Shown here: piece after piece, positions 33,647-42,833 of the stretch
Layout of the letters: every line of letters starts with the position of its first letter
Numbering within the stretch: the first letter of the stretch is position 1
DNA from: Candidatus Nanoarchaeia archaeon
Lineage (GTDB): Archaea > Nanobdellota > Nanobdellia > SCGC-AAA011-G17 > JAFCDX01
Length of the DNA stretch: 64,000 nucleotides
Direction of reading: 5' to 3'
NCBI GenBank assembly: GCA_041651575.1
Contig: JBAZJB010000001.1
Location: 639,286-703,285 of the forward strand
Notes under the pieces: model-generated
Databases searched by the model: none
Seen by the model: the letters and a program-made list of their open reading frames with translations, nothing else
Told to the model about the DNA's origin: nothing
Translations under genes and position numbers: made by a program

Positions 33647-35554
33647 TTATTTCTTAACTGATACTTTTGCGAGAGTTTCATTTGCTATTCTCTGCAAATT
33701 ATTAGCCCCAAACTTTTGTTCCATTTGATTTCTGTCTCCTAAGTTTTGTTGTTTAAGAAAACCGATAAAATAAGAATAATTTCTAAATTGATTAGGTATC
33801 CTTCCAGTTTTACATTCTGTTATAAATTTATTTGCTGCCAATTCTAATTCTCTTATATCTGCTTTTGCTCCAACTTCTTTTTTCTTTTTGCTTTCTTTTA
33901 TTTTAGTTTCTGCTTTAACTTCAGCTCCTTGAACTCTTTCTAATATTTGTTTAAGGGTTTTTTGAATTGCCCCTATTTGATCTATTTTTTGAAGCATGAT
34001 TTCTAAATCTTCAATTTCTTTTTTTGTAATTGCTAAATCTTGATTTACATTTACATTATTTCCATCTCCTATTACTTGTACTACATTTTTACAACCAGAT
34101 ATAGCTCCCCTAAGATCATCTGCAGTTCCGTTTCCAGCAGTAATCTTATTTAATAATGCAATTATTGCAGTAAATTGACCATCTAAGTTCTTTTTTAAAG
34201 TTCTAAATTTCTGATTTGTATTTCCATTAATTTTTACAATAGAATTATTTAATGCAGTAATTATTTTGGTCATATCTGCAGGTTGAAGATTTGATAAAAA
34301 GGTAAGTATATTTCCTACATCTTTTTTTAATGGATCTAATTCTTTTTGTATATCTTGCATATCTGGTTTACTTTTAAGTTCTTTTTCTACACGGTCTATA
34401 GAATCTTTTGCCGCATTAACATTTGTTCTAATACTTGATAATTCGCTAATAACATTATTCATTTTTGGGCTTAAGTCATTTATTTTATCAGTTAATTTTT
34501 TTATTTCTGTTTCAAATATATTTACAAAATTGGTAAATGCAGTTCCGAATTTTTTACAGTTTTCAGATATCGAATTAAGTATAGTTTTATTTTCATTTCC
34601 TATATCTATACCTTGTTGTACCATTCCTTGTAATCCGCCCAAAGAATTTATAATCCTTGCAAAATAGCCTTCCCAATTTGTTAAAAAATTAGAAAGATTT
34701 TCTAATGTTTCTTGCATATCTGTAACCATACCTCTTACATCTTCTATTACAGTTCTTACTCCGCCCACATCTGATCTTAATTCATTAAATCTTCTATCTA
34801 TTCCTGTTTCTAAATTATCCATTCTATTTATTATTGGACCTAAATCAACATTTCCATTTCCGCCATCTCCACCACCATCATCTCCGTCTCCACCATCGCT
34901 TCCACCATCATGACCTCCATCTCTTCCAGAGGTAATTCCACTCATTGTTTTCCAAATATTATAAAACATTAATATTAAAGCTAACAAAGCAAATAAAGAA
35001 TTAACTATAGCTAAAATTCCTTCGTTTCCAAATACAATAGAAACTGCTCCAAAACTGTATAATAAAGCAAGATAACCAACAAATTTACCAAAATGACTTA
35101 CTCTTGATTTTCCTTTAAAAATTGTTAATATTAAAGCGGCTACAATAAATCCAAAGAACACAGTTACATTTTGGAAAATCATTTCTACAAAAGCATCTGG
35201 CATTCCTATCGCACTAATTAATCCTATAAGCACCGCAATTATTCCTGCTTTTTTAGAAGATCCTTCTTGACCTTTAAGCATAGGAGTTTGTTTTAAAGCA
35301 TCATAAAGTATAATTGCAGCTAAAATTGATAAAAATATTTTTCCATACATTGGACTTTGTTGTAATAAAGAAATTAATTTTTCTGTGATTCCTTTTACAA
35401 GACCAAAAGCTAAACCTAAGACATCTCCAATCATATTAACCATATTATCTGTCATACCTGTAAAAGCAGCATTTACCATAGGAATAAAAATTAAGATATT
35501 AAGAAATACAATAAGCCTCTTTTTAAGCATACTAAACATGATTAAATATCCCAA
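33647..35554 (-). CDS. large polytopic membrane protein with Gly/Asp-rich linker and long coiled-coil C-terminal region
   Basis: About 6 hydrophobic segments in the first ~200 aa, then GRDGGHDGGSDGGDGDDGGGDGGNGN, then ~400 aa of helical, heptad-like sequence. Confidence 0.55.
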   Translation of the reverse strand: MGYLIMFSMLKKRLIVFLNILIFIPMVNAAFTGMTDNMVNMIGDVLGLAFGLVKGITEKLISLLQQSPMYGKIFLSILAAIILYDALKQTPMLKGQEGSSKKAGIIAVLIGLISAIGMPDAFVEMIFQNVTVFFGFIVAALILTIFKGKSRVSHFGKFVGYLALLYSFGAVSIVFGNEGILAIVNSLFALLALILMFYNIWKTMSGITSGRDGGHDGGSDGGDGDDGGGDGGNGNVDLGPIINRMDNLETGIDRRFNELRSDVGGVRTVIEDVRGMVTDMQETLENLSNFLTNWEGYFARIINSLGGLQGMVQQGIDIGNENKTILNSISENCKKFGTAFTNFVNIFETEIKKLTDKINDLSPKMNNVISELSSIRTNVNAAKDSIDRVEKELKSKPDMQDIQKELDPLKKDVGNILTFLSNLQPADMTKIITALNNSIVKINGNTNQKFRTLKKNLDGQFTAIIALLNKITAGNGTADDLRGAISGCKNVVQVIGDGNNVNVNQDLAITKKEIEDLEIMLQKIDQIGAIQKTLKQILERVQGAEVKAETKIKESKKKKEVGAKADIRELELAANKFITECKTGRIPNQFRNYSYFIGFLKQQNLGDRNQMEQKFGANNLQRIANETLAKVSVKK

Positions 35555-35591
35555 TAAAAGTATTTAAATATTTCTGTATGTAATATAAACT

Positions 35592-36350
35592 ATGAAATCA
35601 CCAAAATTGCCTCATTCTTATGATATTATAGGAGATATACTGATATTTGAAGTAAAAGAGAAATTAAATTCAAAACAAGAAAAACAAATAGCAGAAGCAT
35701 TGTTAAAACAAAATAAAAATGTTAAAGTTGTAGCAAAACGTTCTAGTATTCATGAAGGAAAGTATAGATTAAGAAAGATTAAGATTCTTTCTGGAGAAAA
35801 AAGAAAAGAAACTTTACATAAAGAATCTGGTTTGAATTTTAAATTAGATGTTGAAAAATGTTATTTCTCTGAAAGATCTTCTAATGAAAGATTAAGAATA
35901 GCTAATTTAGTTAAAAAAGATGAAATGGTTTTAGTTATGTTTTCAGGTGTAGCTCCTTTTCCTTTAGTAATTTCAAAATATTCAAAAGCAAAAGAAATTT
36001 ACGGAATTGAATTAAATCCTTTAGCTCATAAATATGCTTTAGATAATGTAAGAATAAATAAAAGAATTAATATTTCCTTATATAAAGGAGACGTTAAAAA
36101 AGTATTACCTAATTTAAAAATAAAATTTGATAGGATTATAATGCCTTTACCAAGAACTGCAGAAAAATATCTAGATTTGGCTTTGAAATATCTAAAACCC
36201 AAAGGAACAATCCATTTATATAAATTTGAACACGAAAATAATTTCAATGATTTAATTAAAAAATATTCTAAATTTAAAGTTAATCTAGTAAAAGCAGGGG
36301 TTTTTGGACCTGGAATTTTTAGGGTTTGTTTAGATTTAAAGAAGAAATAG
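35592..36350 (+). CDS. trm5: Trm5/Taw22-like tRNA (m1G37) methyltransferase (Met-10+ family)
   Basis: SYDIIGDILIFE. SAM-binding region MVLVMFSGVAPFPLVISK...IYGIELNP. IIMPLP motif. Confidence 0.72.
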   Translation: MKSPKLPHSYDIIGDILIFEVKEKLNSKQEKQIAEALLKQNKNVKVVAKRSSIHEGKYRLRKIKILSGEKRKETLHKESGLNFKLDVEKCYFSERSSNERLRIANLVKKDEMVLVMFSGVAPFPLVISKYSKAKEIYGIELNPLAHKYALDNVRINKRINISLYKGDVKKVLPNLKIKFDRIIMPLPRTAEKYLDLALKYLKPKGTIHLYKFEHENNFNDLIKKYSKFKVNLVKAGVFGPGIFRVCLDLKKK

Positions 36351-36398
36351 ACAGATTTATTAGAAAGCCTTATAAAGTATATTCTACAGTATATATTT

Positions 36399-36462
36399 GG
36401 GGAATGATTGAGTGAACACCCGTTGAGGAAACTATGAAAGAGTGGAAGTAGCTGCTGACCCC
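36399..36462 (+). ncRNA. C/D-box sRNA candidate
   Basis: GGGG-A-ATGATTGA(C)-GTGAACACCCG-TTGA(D')-GGAAACT-ATGAAAGA(C')-GTGGAAGTAGCTG-CTGA(D)-CCCC. Terminal GGGG/CCCC stem. TATA box (CCTTATAAAG, 36368-36377) lies about 25 nt upstream. The C and C' boxes deviate from the RUGAUGA consensus. Confidence 0.45.
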
Positions 36463-36497
36463 AAAAATTTATATATAATATAATTTTATAATATAAA

Positions 36498-37022
36498 ATG
36501 AAAAAGAGGAAATATTCTAATTCAGATAAAATAACTGAAAAACTGAAAAGATTATCAAAACCAAAACATCATGAAGTGGAATTTGATCAGGATGAACTGG
36601 ATATAATAGAAAAAAGATTAAGAGTAGGATTACATGATAAACCTTTAACAAAGAATTTTTATAAAAATATCATAAAAGGAATCTCAGGAGCTTTTATTTC
36701 TTTAATAGTTTTTTATATCTTTTTTAATAAACTAGAGTTATATATAAATTTTAATATAGTTAAAATATTTGTTTTATTAATTACTTCATTTTTAATTTGT
36801 AATGCTTTAATTTATTTGAAAAGGGACATTTACGTGCATGTTAAATTTTTAATATTTCCCAAAAAAGCAATTATCATTTACCTTAGTTCATTATTCTTTT
36901 TAGTTTTAGCAGGTTTAATTATAGAGAAAAATTTTATTCTGGTTTTAAAACAAACTGCATTAGTTTCAATACTTGCTTCAGTATTCTCAGGAATATTTAA
37001 TTTTATAATACAAGAAGAATAA
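36498..37022 (+). CDS. membrane protein (about 4 TM) with basic N-terminal tail
   Basis: Hydrophobic segments after residue 60. No family recognised. Confidence 0.45.
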   Translation: MKKRKYSNSDKITEKLKRLSKPKHHEVEFDQDELDIIEKRLRVGLHDKPLTKNFYKNIIKGISGAFISLIVFYIFFNKLELYINFNIVKIFVLLITSFLICNALIYLKRDIYVHVKFLIFPKKAIIIYLSSLFFLVLAGLIIEKNFILVLKQTALVSILASVFSGIFNFIIQEE

Positions 37023-38354
37023 TTACAATCCTAAATCTATTAATTCTTGTCTTTTTTGTTTTATAGCAGAAGGTGAATCTCCTCCATGCCAGGAAAATTT
37101 AGGTCTTACTTGAATTGGATAAACTCTTTCTGAATTATCATCTAAAATTAATGCACAACCTTTCATCCTAGGTAAATCATTCAAATATCTTAAAATATCT
37201 GCAGATAAATAAGTCTGCATAATTTCATTTAGAGCAGAAATATCTTTTTTAGCAGTAATTCTATGGCTAACTACAATATCTGATTGAGTTATAACATCTG
37301 TATGAATTTCTCCTGGTTGTTGTGTTGCCATTATCATGGAAATTCCAGGTTGTCTTCCTTCTCTTAATAATTGAACTAAAGCATCTGTTGCAGGAGTAAC
37401 TCTATCTTTTGGTAAATATTCATGCATTTCATCGAATAACATCCAAACCAAAGGCATTTCTTCTTTTTGTTCTTGATCAAGTTCATTGAAACCAAAATAA
37501 GAATATCCTTTTTTAATGTCTTCAAATTCTTCTAATTTTCTTGAAACCATTCTTTCCAAAAATAGTTTTTTACATATTAAACTTGTAACTAAACATTTTA
37601 TATTCCAATTTTGGTACATACTAATATCAATAATACTAACTTTGCCCCTATCTACAATATCTTTAATTAAAGTTGCTTGTTTACTAAAAATACCATAAGA
37701 TTTTGCTGAAGTAAATAAATTTTCTGCTGCATCTTTTTCTCTTTTTTCAGATTTGAAATCATTTCTTACTTCAAAAATTATATCATCTAAATCGTAGTTC
37801 ATTCCTTTTGTTTTTTGTAGTTTATTTATTACTCTATCAACCAAAATTCCAACAGGATTTATTAATTTTATTTCAAAAATAGAACACCAATCAAAAGAAG
37901 TTAATTCAGAAGCTTTTATTGTAAAGGGTTTATCTACTGGAAAACTTTCTGATTTTAATTTTTTATAATAACCTTCTGGAACAAAAACTTTTAATTTTTC
38001 TATTGAAGCAGGTTTTAAATCCCATTCCTTTAGTAAACCTTCTTGTCTTTCATTTGGATATTTCATTGTCCAAAAAATACCCATTGTATCAAACATTACT
38101 ACTGAAATATTATTTGCAATATTTTCTGGAAGATTACAAATTTCTTCTGCTATTACAGATAAAGAATAAGATTTTCCTCCACCTCTCTTTCCGCAAACTA
38201 AAACAACGTGCGGTTTTACTACATCTAGAAGAACTTTATTAGATAAAGAAGTGGTTGCACCCATTTTAACATATAATTTACCCAAGAAAATAGTTCCTTC
38301 AAGACCATACTTCTTTTTTTCAGATTCACTTCTACCTATTACAATTTCGTACAT
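37023..38354 (-). CDS. HerA/DUF87-like P-loop ATPase
   Basis: Barrel-like N-terminus IVIGRSE...GTIFLGKLYV. Walker A CGKRGGGKS. Walker B WMLFDEMHEY. Arginine-finger region REGRQPGISM. Confidence 0.62.
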   Translation of the reverse strand: MYEIVIGRSESEKKKYGLEGTIFLGKLYVKMGATTSLSNKVLLDVVKPHVVLVCGKRGGGKSYSLSVIAEEICNLPENIANNISVVMFDTMGIFWTMKYPNERQEGLLKEWDLKPASIEKLKVFVPEGYYKKLKSESFPVDKPFTIKASELTSFDWCSIFEIKLINPVGILVDRVINKLQKTKGMNYDLDDIIFEVRNDFKSEKREKDAAENLFTSAKSYGIFSKQATLIKDIVDRGKVSIIDISMYQNWNIKCLVTSLICKKLFLERMVSRKLEEFEDIKKGYSYFGFNELDQEQKEEMPLVWMLFDEMHEYLPKDRVTPATDALVQLLREGRQPGISMIMATQQPGEIHTDVITQSDIVVSHRITAKKDISALNEIMQTYLSADILRYLNDLPRMKGCALILDDNSERVYPIQVRPKFSWHGGDSPSAIKQKRQELIDLGL

Positions 38355-38420
38355 TTTACCTCTTTTTCTACTAAACCTTTAGATAAATAGGTTTAAATAT
38401 TTTTTTATATTACTAATAAT

Positions 38421-38843
38421 ATGGGGTTGGTTAAAACAGAAAGGCAAATCATTAATTCTGTAGATTTAAAATATAAAATAATAATGAATTGTTATGATCT
38501 AGAAGAAGGTTCTATTTTAGATTTAGGTTTATTTAGTTTTAATTTAAATGGTTCAAAAATTAATTTTGAATTACCATTAGATGAAGATTTGGCTGCTTTT
38601 GTTGGGAAAAATATAAAACTTAGTGGATATTATGATTCTTTAATTTGTAAATTATCTAATAAAAAAGTTCTTTCTAAATTGTTTGGTTGTATTCATCATT
38701 TAGAGGATTCATATAATCTAGAAATAGTAGATTTTTGTCCAGATTGTTATAAAGGTCTAAAAAATTTAGAAATAGAAAATATACATTTCGATTTATCTAA
38801 TTTTAGGCAGACAAATATTCTTGGTTTAGTCTATGTTAATTAA
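38421..38843 (+). CDS. hypothetical protein
   Basis: 140-aa ORF with no motif recognised. Confidence 0.35.
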   Translation: MGLVKTERQIINSVDLKYKIIMNCYDLEEGSILDLGLFSFNLNGSKINFELPLDEDLAAFVGKNIKLSGYYDSLICKLSNKKVLSKLFGCIHHLEDSYNLEIVDFCPDCYKGLKNLEIENIHFDLSNFRQTNILGLVYVN

Positions 38844-39728
38844 TTACATTTTAGATAATATTGCTATTCTTTTTTCTAAAGGAGGATGAGTACTCATTAA
38901 ATTGTCTAGATTTTTTTTTAAAGGATCTGAAATAAACAAACTTGAAACTACCTTGTTTGTTTTCATTGGCTTGTCTCCTTTTATTTTTTCTAAAGCTCCG
39001 ATTAAACCTGTAGGGGATCTAGTAAATTTAACAGCAGAAGCATCTGCAGAATATTCTCTTTTTCTTGAAATTGCTAATTGTGTTAGTTGAACAAATATTG
39101 GTGCTAAAATAGCAAGCAAAATTCCAATTATTAAAAAAATAGCATTATTATTTTTATTATCGCTATTTGAACTATTAAACCATAAACTTCTTAAAAACAT
39201 TTGAGAAATAATTGCAATCATTCCTACTAAAACTGCAGTAAGAGTCATAAATCTTATATCATAATTTGCTACGTGACTTAATTCATGTGCTAGAACTCCT
39301 TCAAGTTCTTGTTTATTTAATTTATTTAAAGCACCAGTTGTTACACATATAACTGCGTGTTTTGGATCTCTACCGGTTGCAAAGGCATTTATTTGTTCAT
39401 TTTGCATAACATATAATTTAGGCATTGGTAGTCCAGAGGCTAAAGTTAAACCTTCAACAGAATTGTAAAATTGTCTAAATTGTTCTCTTGGAGCTTCTTT
39501 TGCATTTACACTTGCTAAAGCAATCTTATCAGAATTATAATAACTAATTAATATGTAAGAAAGTGAAATTATTATAGAAAATATCATTACAATGAATATT
39601 GAACCTTGACCCCAGACTTGCCCTATCACATAACCTAATAATAAAAATACTAAAAATATAATTGTAATTAATATAACAGAATTTCTTTTATTCTTTGCAA
39701 TCTGGTCATAAAAACTTATTCTTTCCAT
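38844..39728 (-). CDS. htpX: HtpX-type M48 membrane zinc protease
   Basis: HELSHV zinc motif, downstream EYSAD, four TM segments. Confidence 0.9.
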   Translation of the reverse strand: MERISFYDQIAKNKRNSVILITIIFLVFLLLGYVIGQVWGQGSIFIVMIFSIIISLSYILISYYNSDKIALASVNAKEAPREQFRQFYNSVEGLTLASGLPMPKLYVMQNEQINAFATGRDPKHAVICVTTGALNKLNKQELEGVLAHELSHVANYDIRFMTLTAVLVGMIAIISQMFLRSLWFNSSNSDNKNNNAIFLIIGILLAILAPIFVQLTQLAISRKREYSADASAVKFTRSPTGLIGALEKIKGDKPMKTNKVVSSLFISDPLKKNLDNLMSTHPPLEKRIAILSKM

Positions 39729-39736
39729 TTTGAGAA

Positions 39737-40291
39737 TTAAAATTGAACTTTAGGAACTGCTTTTTCTGCAGTGGTTATTTGTAAAAATTGTTTTTTACTT
39801 TTACCAAATATACTTGCAAATAATTTTCCTGGGAATACTTCTACTGAATTATTATAACTTAAAATATTATCATTGTAATATTGTCTTGAATAAGCAACTT
39901 TATCTTCAATTGAACTTAATTCTTCTTGTAATTGTAAGAAATTTGTATTAGCTTTTAAATCTGGATAATTTTCTGCTAAAGCAAATATTGTTTTTAATGC
40001 TCCTTGTAATTTATCTCCTGCTTTAACTTTTGAACTAATATCTTTTGCTGACAGTAATGCTTTTCTTGATTCTGTAACCTTTTCTATCATTGCTTTTTCA
40101 TGCTTTACATAACCTTTAACAATGTTAACTAAATTAGGAACTAAATCTGCTCTTTTCTTTAATTGAACATCAATCTGAGCCAAAGAATTATCAATTCTGT
40201 TACTTAAAAGAACAAACCTATTATAATAACTTATAAACATGATTACAATTATTACTGCTACTATTATTAATGCCCAAATTAAGATTGACAT
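39737..40291 (-). CDS. lemA: LemA family membrane protein
   Basis: N-terminal TM followed by [34 protein letters not shown]-type LemA sequence. Sits directly upstream of htpX. Confidence 0.88.
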   Translation of the reverse strand: [184 protein letters not shown]

Positions 40292-40322
40292 ATTTAGATT
40301 ATAGATAAGTTACTTATAAAGT

Positions 40323-41429
40323 TTACTGTAAGAATCTCATATAAGGCATTTCTTTGATAGTTCTTTTAATGGATAAGTGTAAGTCTTTAGAAATTTCTAT
40401 AGCTTTATCTTTATTTTCTTTATTACTCATATTAAATCTCCAAATATTCAGGAATCTTTCAGGTCTTTTGTATTTAATAAATCCAGTATTTGGTTCTTTC
40501 TTAGAAATTGCAATTCCAGCAGTTAATAATTCATTAATATAAACTAAAAATCTCCAATGTTGCCATCTCATGATTCTTCCCATGAATACATCTGCTTTGG
40601 ATAAGGTATCATAAGCTTTTGCTAAATCTTCTTTGTTTCTGTATTCTAAAGCAATGTTTTCATCTAACCAAGATTTTAATTCTTCATAATCTAAATTATA
40701 ATTTTCTAATAAATTTAAAGCTGTATGAGGATCTTTAGTTTTTAGAATTAATTGAATCATACTAAAAATAGTTTCTTCACGTTCTCTTGGACTATCTCTT
40801 AATAATTCTAAATCTTCATTTTTTATGATTTTATTTCCAGATAATAATTCTAAATCTATTAAAGAAGCACGAATATCATTATTATTTATTGCCGTAATTT
40901 CAGTTAATGTTTTTTCATCAACTTTTATTCCTTCTATTAAACATATTTTTTTAAGAACTTTACAGATAACAGAACCAACCTTTTTTATTTCAATCATTTT
41001 TGATTTTTGTCTAATTAAAGTAAATTTTTTATCCCAAGGATCATTTGCAGTCATAATTATTGGATAATTTGTTTTTTGCATTAAAGCTAGTAAAGCAGGA
41101 ACTCCTCCATAATCTTCTCTTCCAGAGATTCCATCAACTTCATCTATAAGAATTATTTTTCCTTTCTTGAATAAACTTCTTTGATTAAGAGCTTCTCCAA
41201 CAATTGTATTTATTTGTTCTTTATTTCTAAAATCAGAAGCATTTAATTCTATTAATTCATAATTTAAATCATCAGCCAAACATTGAACTAAAGTTGTTTT
41301 TCCTGTTCCTGTTGCTCCATATAATAAAATTGGTTTTTTTCTTAAGAAATCAACTACTTCTCTTACTTCTTTTTCATAACCCTCAATTTCTTTCAAGGAT
41401 TTTGGTTTGTATTTATCTGTGAAGTTCAT
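40323..41429 (-). CDS. rfcL: replication factor C large subunit (short form)
   Basis: FTDKYKPKSLKEIEG, Walker A GATGTGKTT, Walker B LIDEVDG. ATG at 41429. Confidence 0.8.
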   Translation of the reverse strand: MNFTDKYKPKSLKEIEGYEKEVREVVDFLRKKPILLYGATGTGKTTLVQCLADDLNYELIELNASDFRNKEQINTIVGEALNQRSLFKKGKIILIDEVDGISGREDYGGVPALLALMQKTNYPIIMTANDPWDKKFTLIRQKSKMIEIKKVGSVICKVLKKICLIEGIKVDEKTLTEITAINNNDIRASLIDLELLSGNKIIKNEDLELLRDSPREREETIFSMIQLILKTKDPHTALNLLENYNLDYEELKSWLDENIALEYRNKEDLAKAYDTLSKADVFMGRIMRWQHWRFLVYINELLTAGIAISKKEPNTGFIKYKRPERFLNIWRFNMSNKENKDKAIEISKDLHLSIKRTIKEMPYMRFLQ

Positions 41430-41979
41430 TTTTCTCCATTTCAATCATTTTTATTACCAATAAATTTGGGTTTGGTTCAAAAATAACTTTTGATCCTCTA
41501 GACTTTTTAATTTCTTTAAGATAAGAAGGGATTAATTTATTAGTTATACCTCCACTCTTTTCTAAAACTCCTATATTTCTCCCAAAAGTATAAGCTTCAT
41601 TAAATTCCCCCATTGTCCCAACTTGTCCTCCTAAAACTATTACAAAATTGCTTTCATATACCATAACTAAACTTCTAACTTGTAAACTTAATAATTTATC
41701 ATCTTTGTAATTTTCTGGCATAAATTGATATTCTGTTCCTTTATACTCTTTAAAATTAAAATCTTTAATATGGGATTCTAAATTAATGGCTGGAGAATAA
41801 ACAATAATTTTTCCATTTACTTCTTCTGCTCCACAAGCGGCTTCATGAGGAAGTCCACCACATCCACCAGTAAGCAAAATACATTTATTTTTAGCAATCT
41901 CTTTACCTATTTCTTTAGCATAAATATTAATACTGGGATCTAATTTTCCTTCTCCTGAACCACATATTGCTATTTTCAT
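41413..41979 (-). CDS. LOG/TIGR00725-type Rossmann-fold (SLOG) protein
   Basis: MKIAICGSG...LLTGGCGGLPHEA...VLGGQVGTMGEFNEA, a variant of the PGGxGTxxE motif. Confidence 0.65.
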   Translation of the reverse strand: MKIAICGSGEGKLDPSINIYAKEIGKEIAKNKCILLTGGCGGLPHEAACGAEEVNGKIIVYSPAINLESHIKDFNFKEYKGTEYQFMPENYKDDKLLSLQVRSLVMVYESNFVIVLGGQVGTMGEFNEAYTFGRNIGVLEKSGGITNKLIPSYLKEIKKSRGSKVIFEPNPNLLVIKMIEMEKNELHR

Positions 41980-42833
41980 TTTAGTTTGTTTAATATCTCT
42001 TTTACAACTCTTTTTTTATTTTTTATATATATCCTACACCCACCAATTACACTATGGCCTCCACCACCATATTTTTTAAGTATTTCTCCTATGTTGGAAT
42101 GGTTTTTGTTAGGATAAAATTTGTTAAATATTAATAATATTCCCAATTTATCTCCTCTTTTGGTTATAATCATCATATATTTACAATCTAAATATTTTGT
42201 ATAAATATAAAATGGGTTAAATATTCTTTCTTTGTCAGAAGAATCTATAATTAAAGTTTTTTTATTAATTCTCCCATACTTTTTTATAAATTCTAAAGAT
42301 TTTTTATCTATTTTTTTAACTCTATCTATAAATTTTTTTATGTCTTTGTTTTTTAACAAATCTTTAATAGGTTTTTGTTCTTTAAAATGGGTAAACATGG
42401 TTTTTAGGTAAAGTTGCCTTTCTTTTTCATTATTAAAAGGACTAAGAAAACCAATTCTATCTAATAAATAAATAAAATTGTAAGTTTTTATATCTTTTAA
42501 CGAATAATCTCCTGAATCTGCTTTATCAGTTTGTACAACTAATTCTTCATAGTATTTTGGAAACTTTTTATTATAATAATCGTAAATTACCCTTGCACAA
42601 CTTTTTTCTAGAGCAAATTTTCCTTTAAACTTTTGATTAGTCTTATGGCTTATATGATGATCAAACCAAAGAAATGTTCCTTTTTCATAAGGTAAATCTG
42701 AAATAATAGTATTTTTATTTGCTTTAAAACTTTTATTTGAATCTTGAAAGTGTATGTTATTGGTTTTAAACTTTAAACTTAATAGAACTGCGCTTACTAC
42801 TCCATCCAAATCATCGTGACTGATTAATTTCAT
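41976..42833 (-). CDS. DHH/DHHA1-family phosphoesterase (short, 285 aa)
   Basis: SHDDLDGVVSAVLL (motif I), WFDHHISH (DHH), YGGGGHSVIGG (DHHA1 GGGH). Confidence 0.6.
   Translation of the reverse strand: MKLISHDDLDGVVSAVLLSLKFKTNNIHFQDSNKSFKANKNTIISDLPYEKGTFLWFDHHISHKTNQKFKGKFALEKSCARVIYDYYNKKFPKYYEELVVQTDKADSGDYSLKDIKTYNFIYLLDRIGFLSPFNNEKERQLYLKTMFTHFKEQKPIKDLLKNKDIKKFIDRVKKIDKKSLEFIKKYGRINKKTLIIDSSDKERIFNPFYIYTKYLDCKYMMIITKRGDKLGILLIFNKFYPNKNHSNIGEILKKYGGGGHSVIGGCRIYIKNKKRVVKEILNKLK

Noticed and set aside
34855-34935. Short CCACCATC-like tandem reiteration
   Set aside because: It is the minus-strand coding sequence for the Gly/Asp-rich linker of the 635-aa membrane protein, not a non-coding repeat array.
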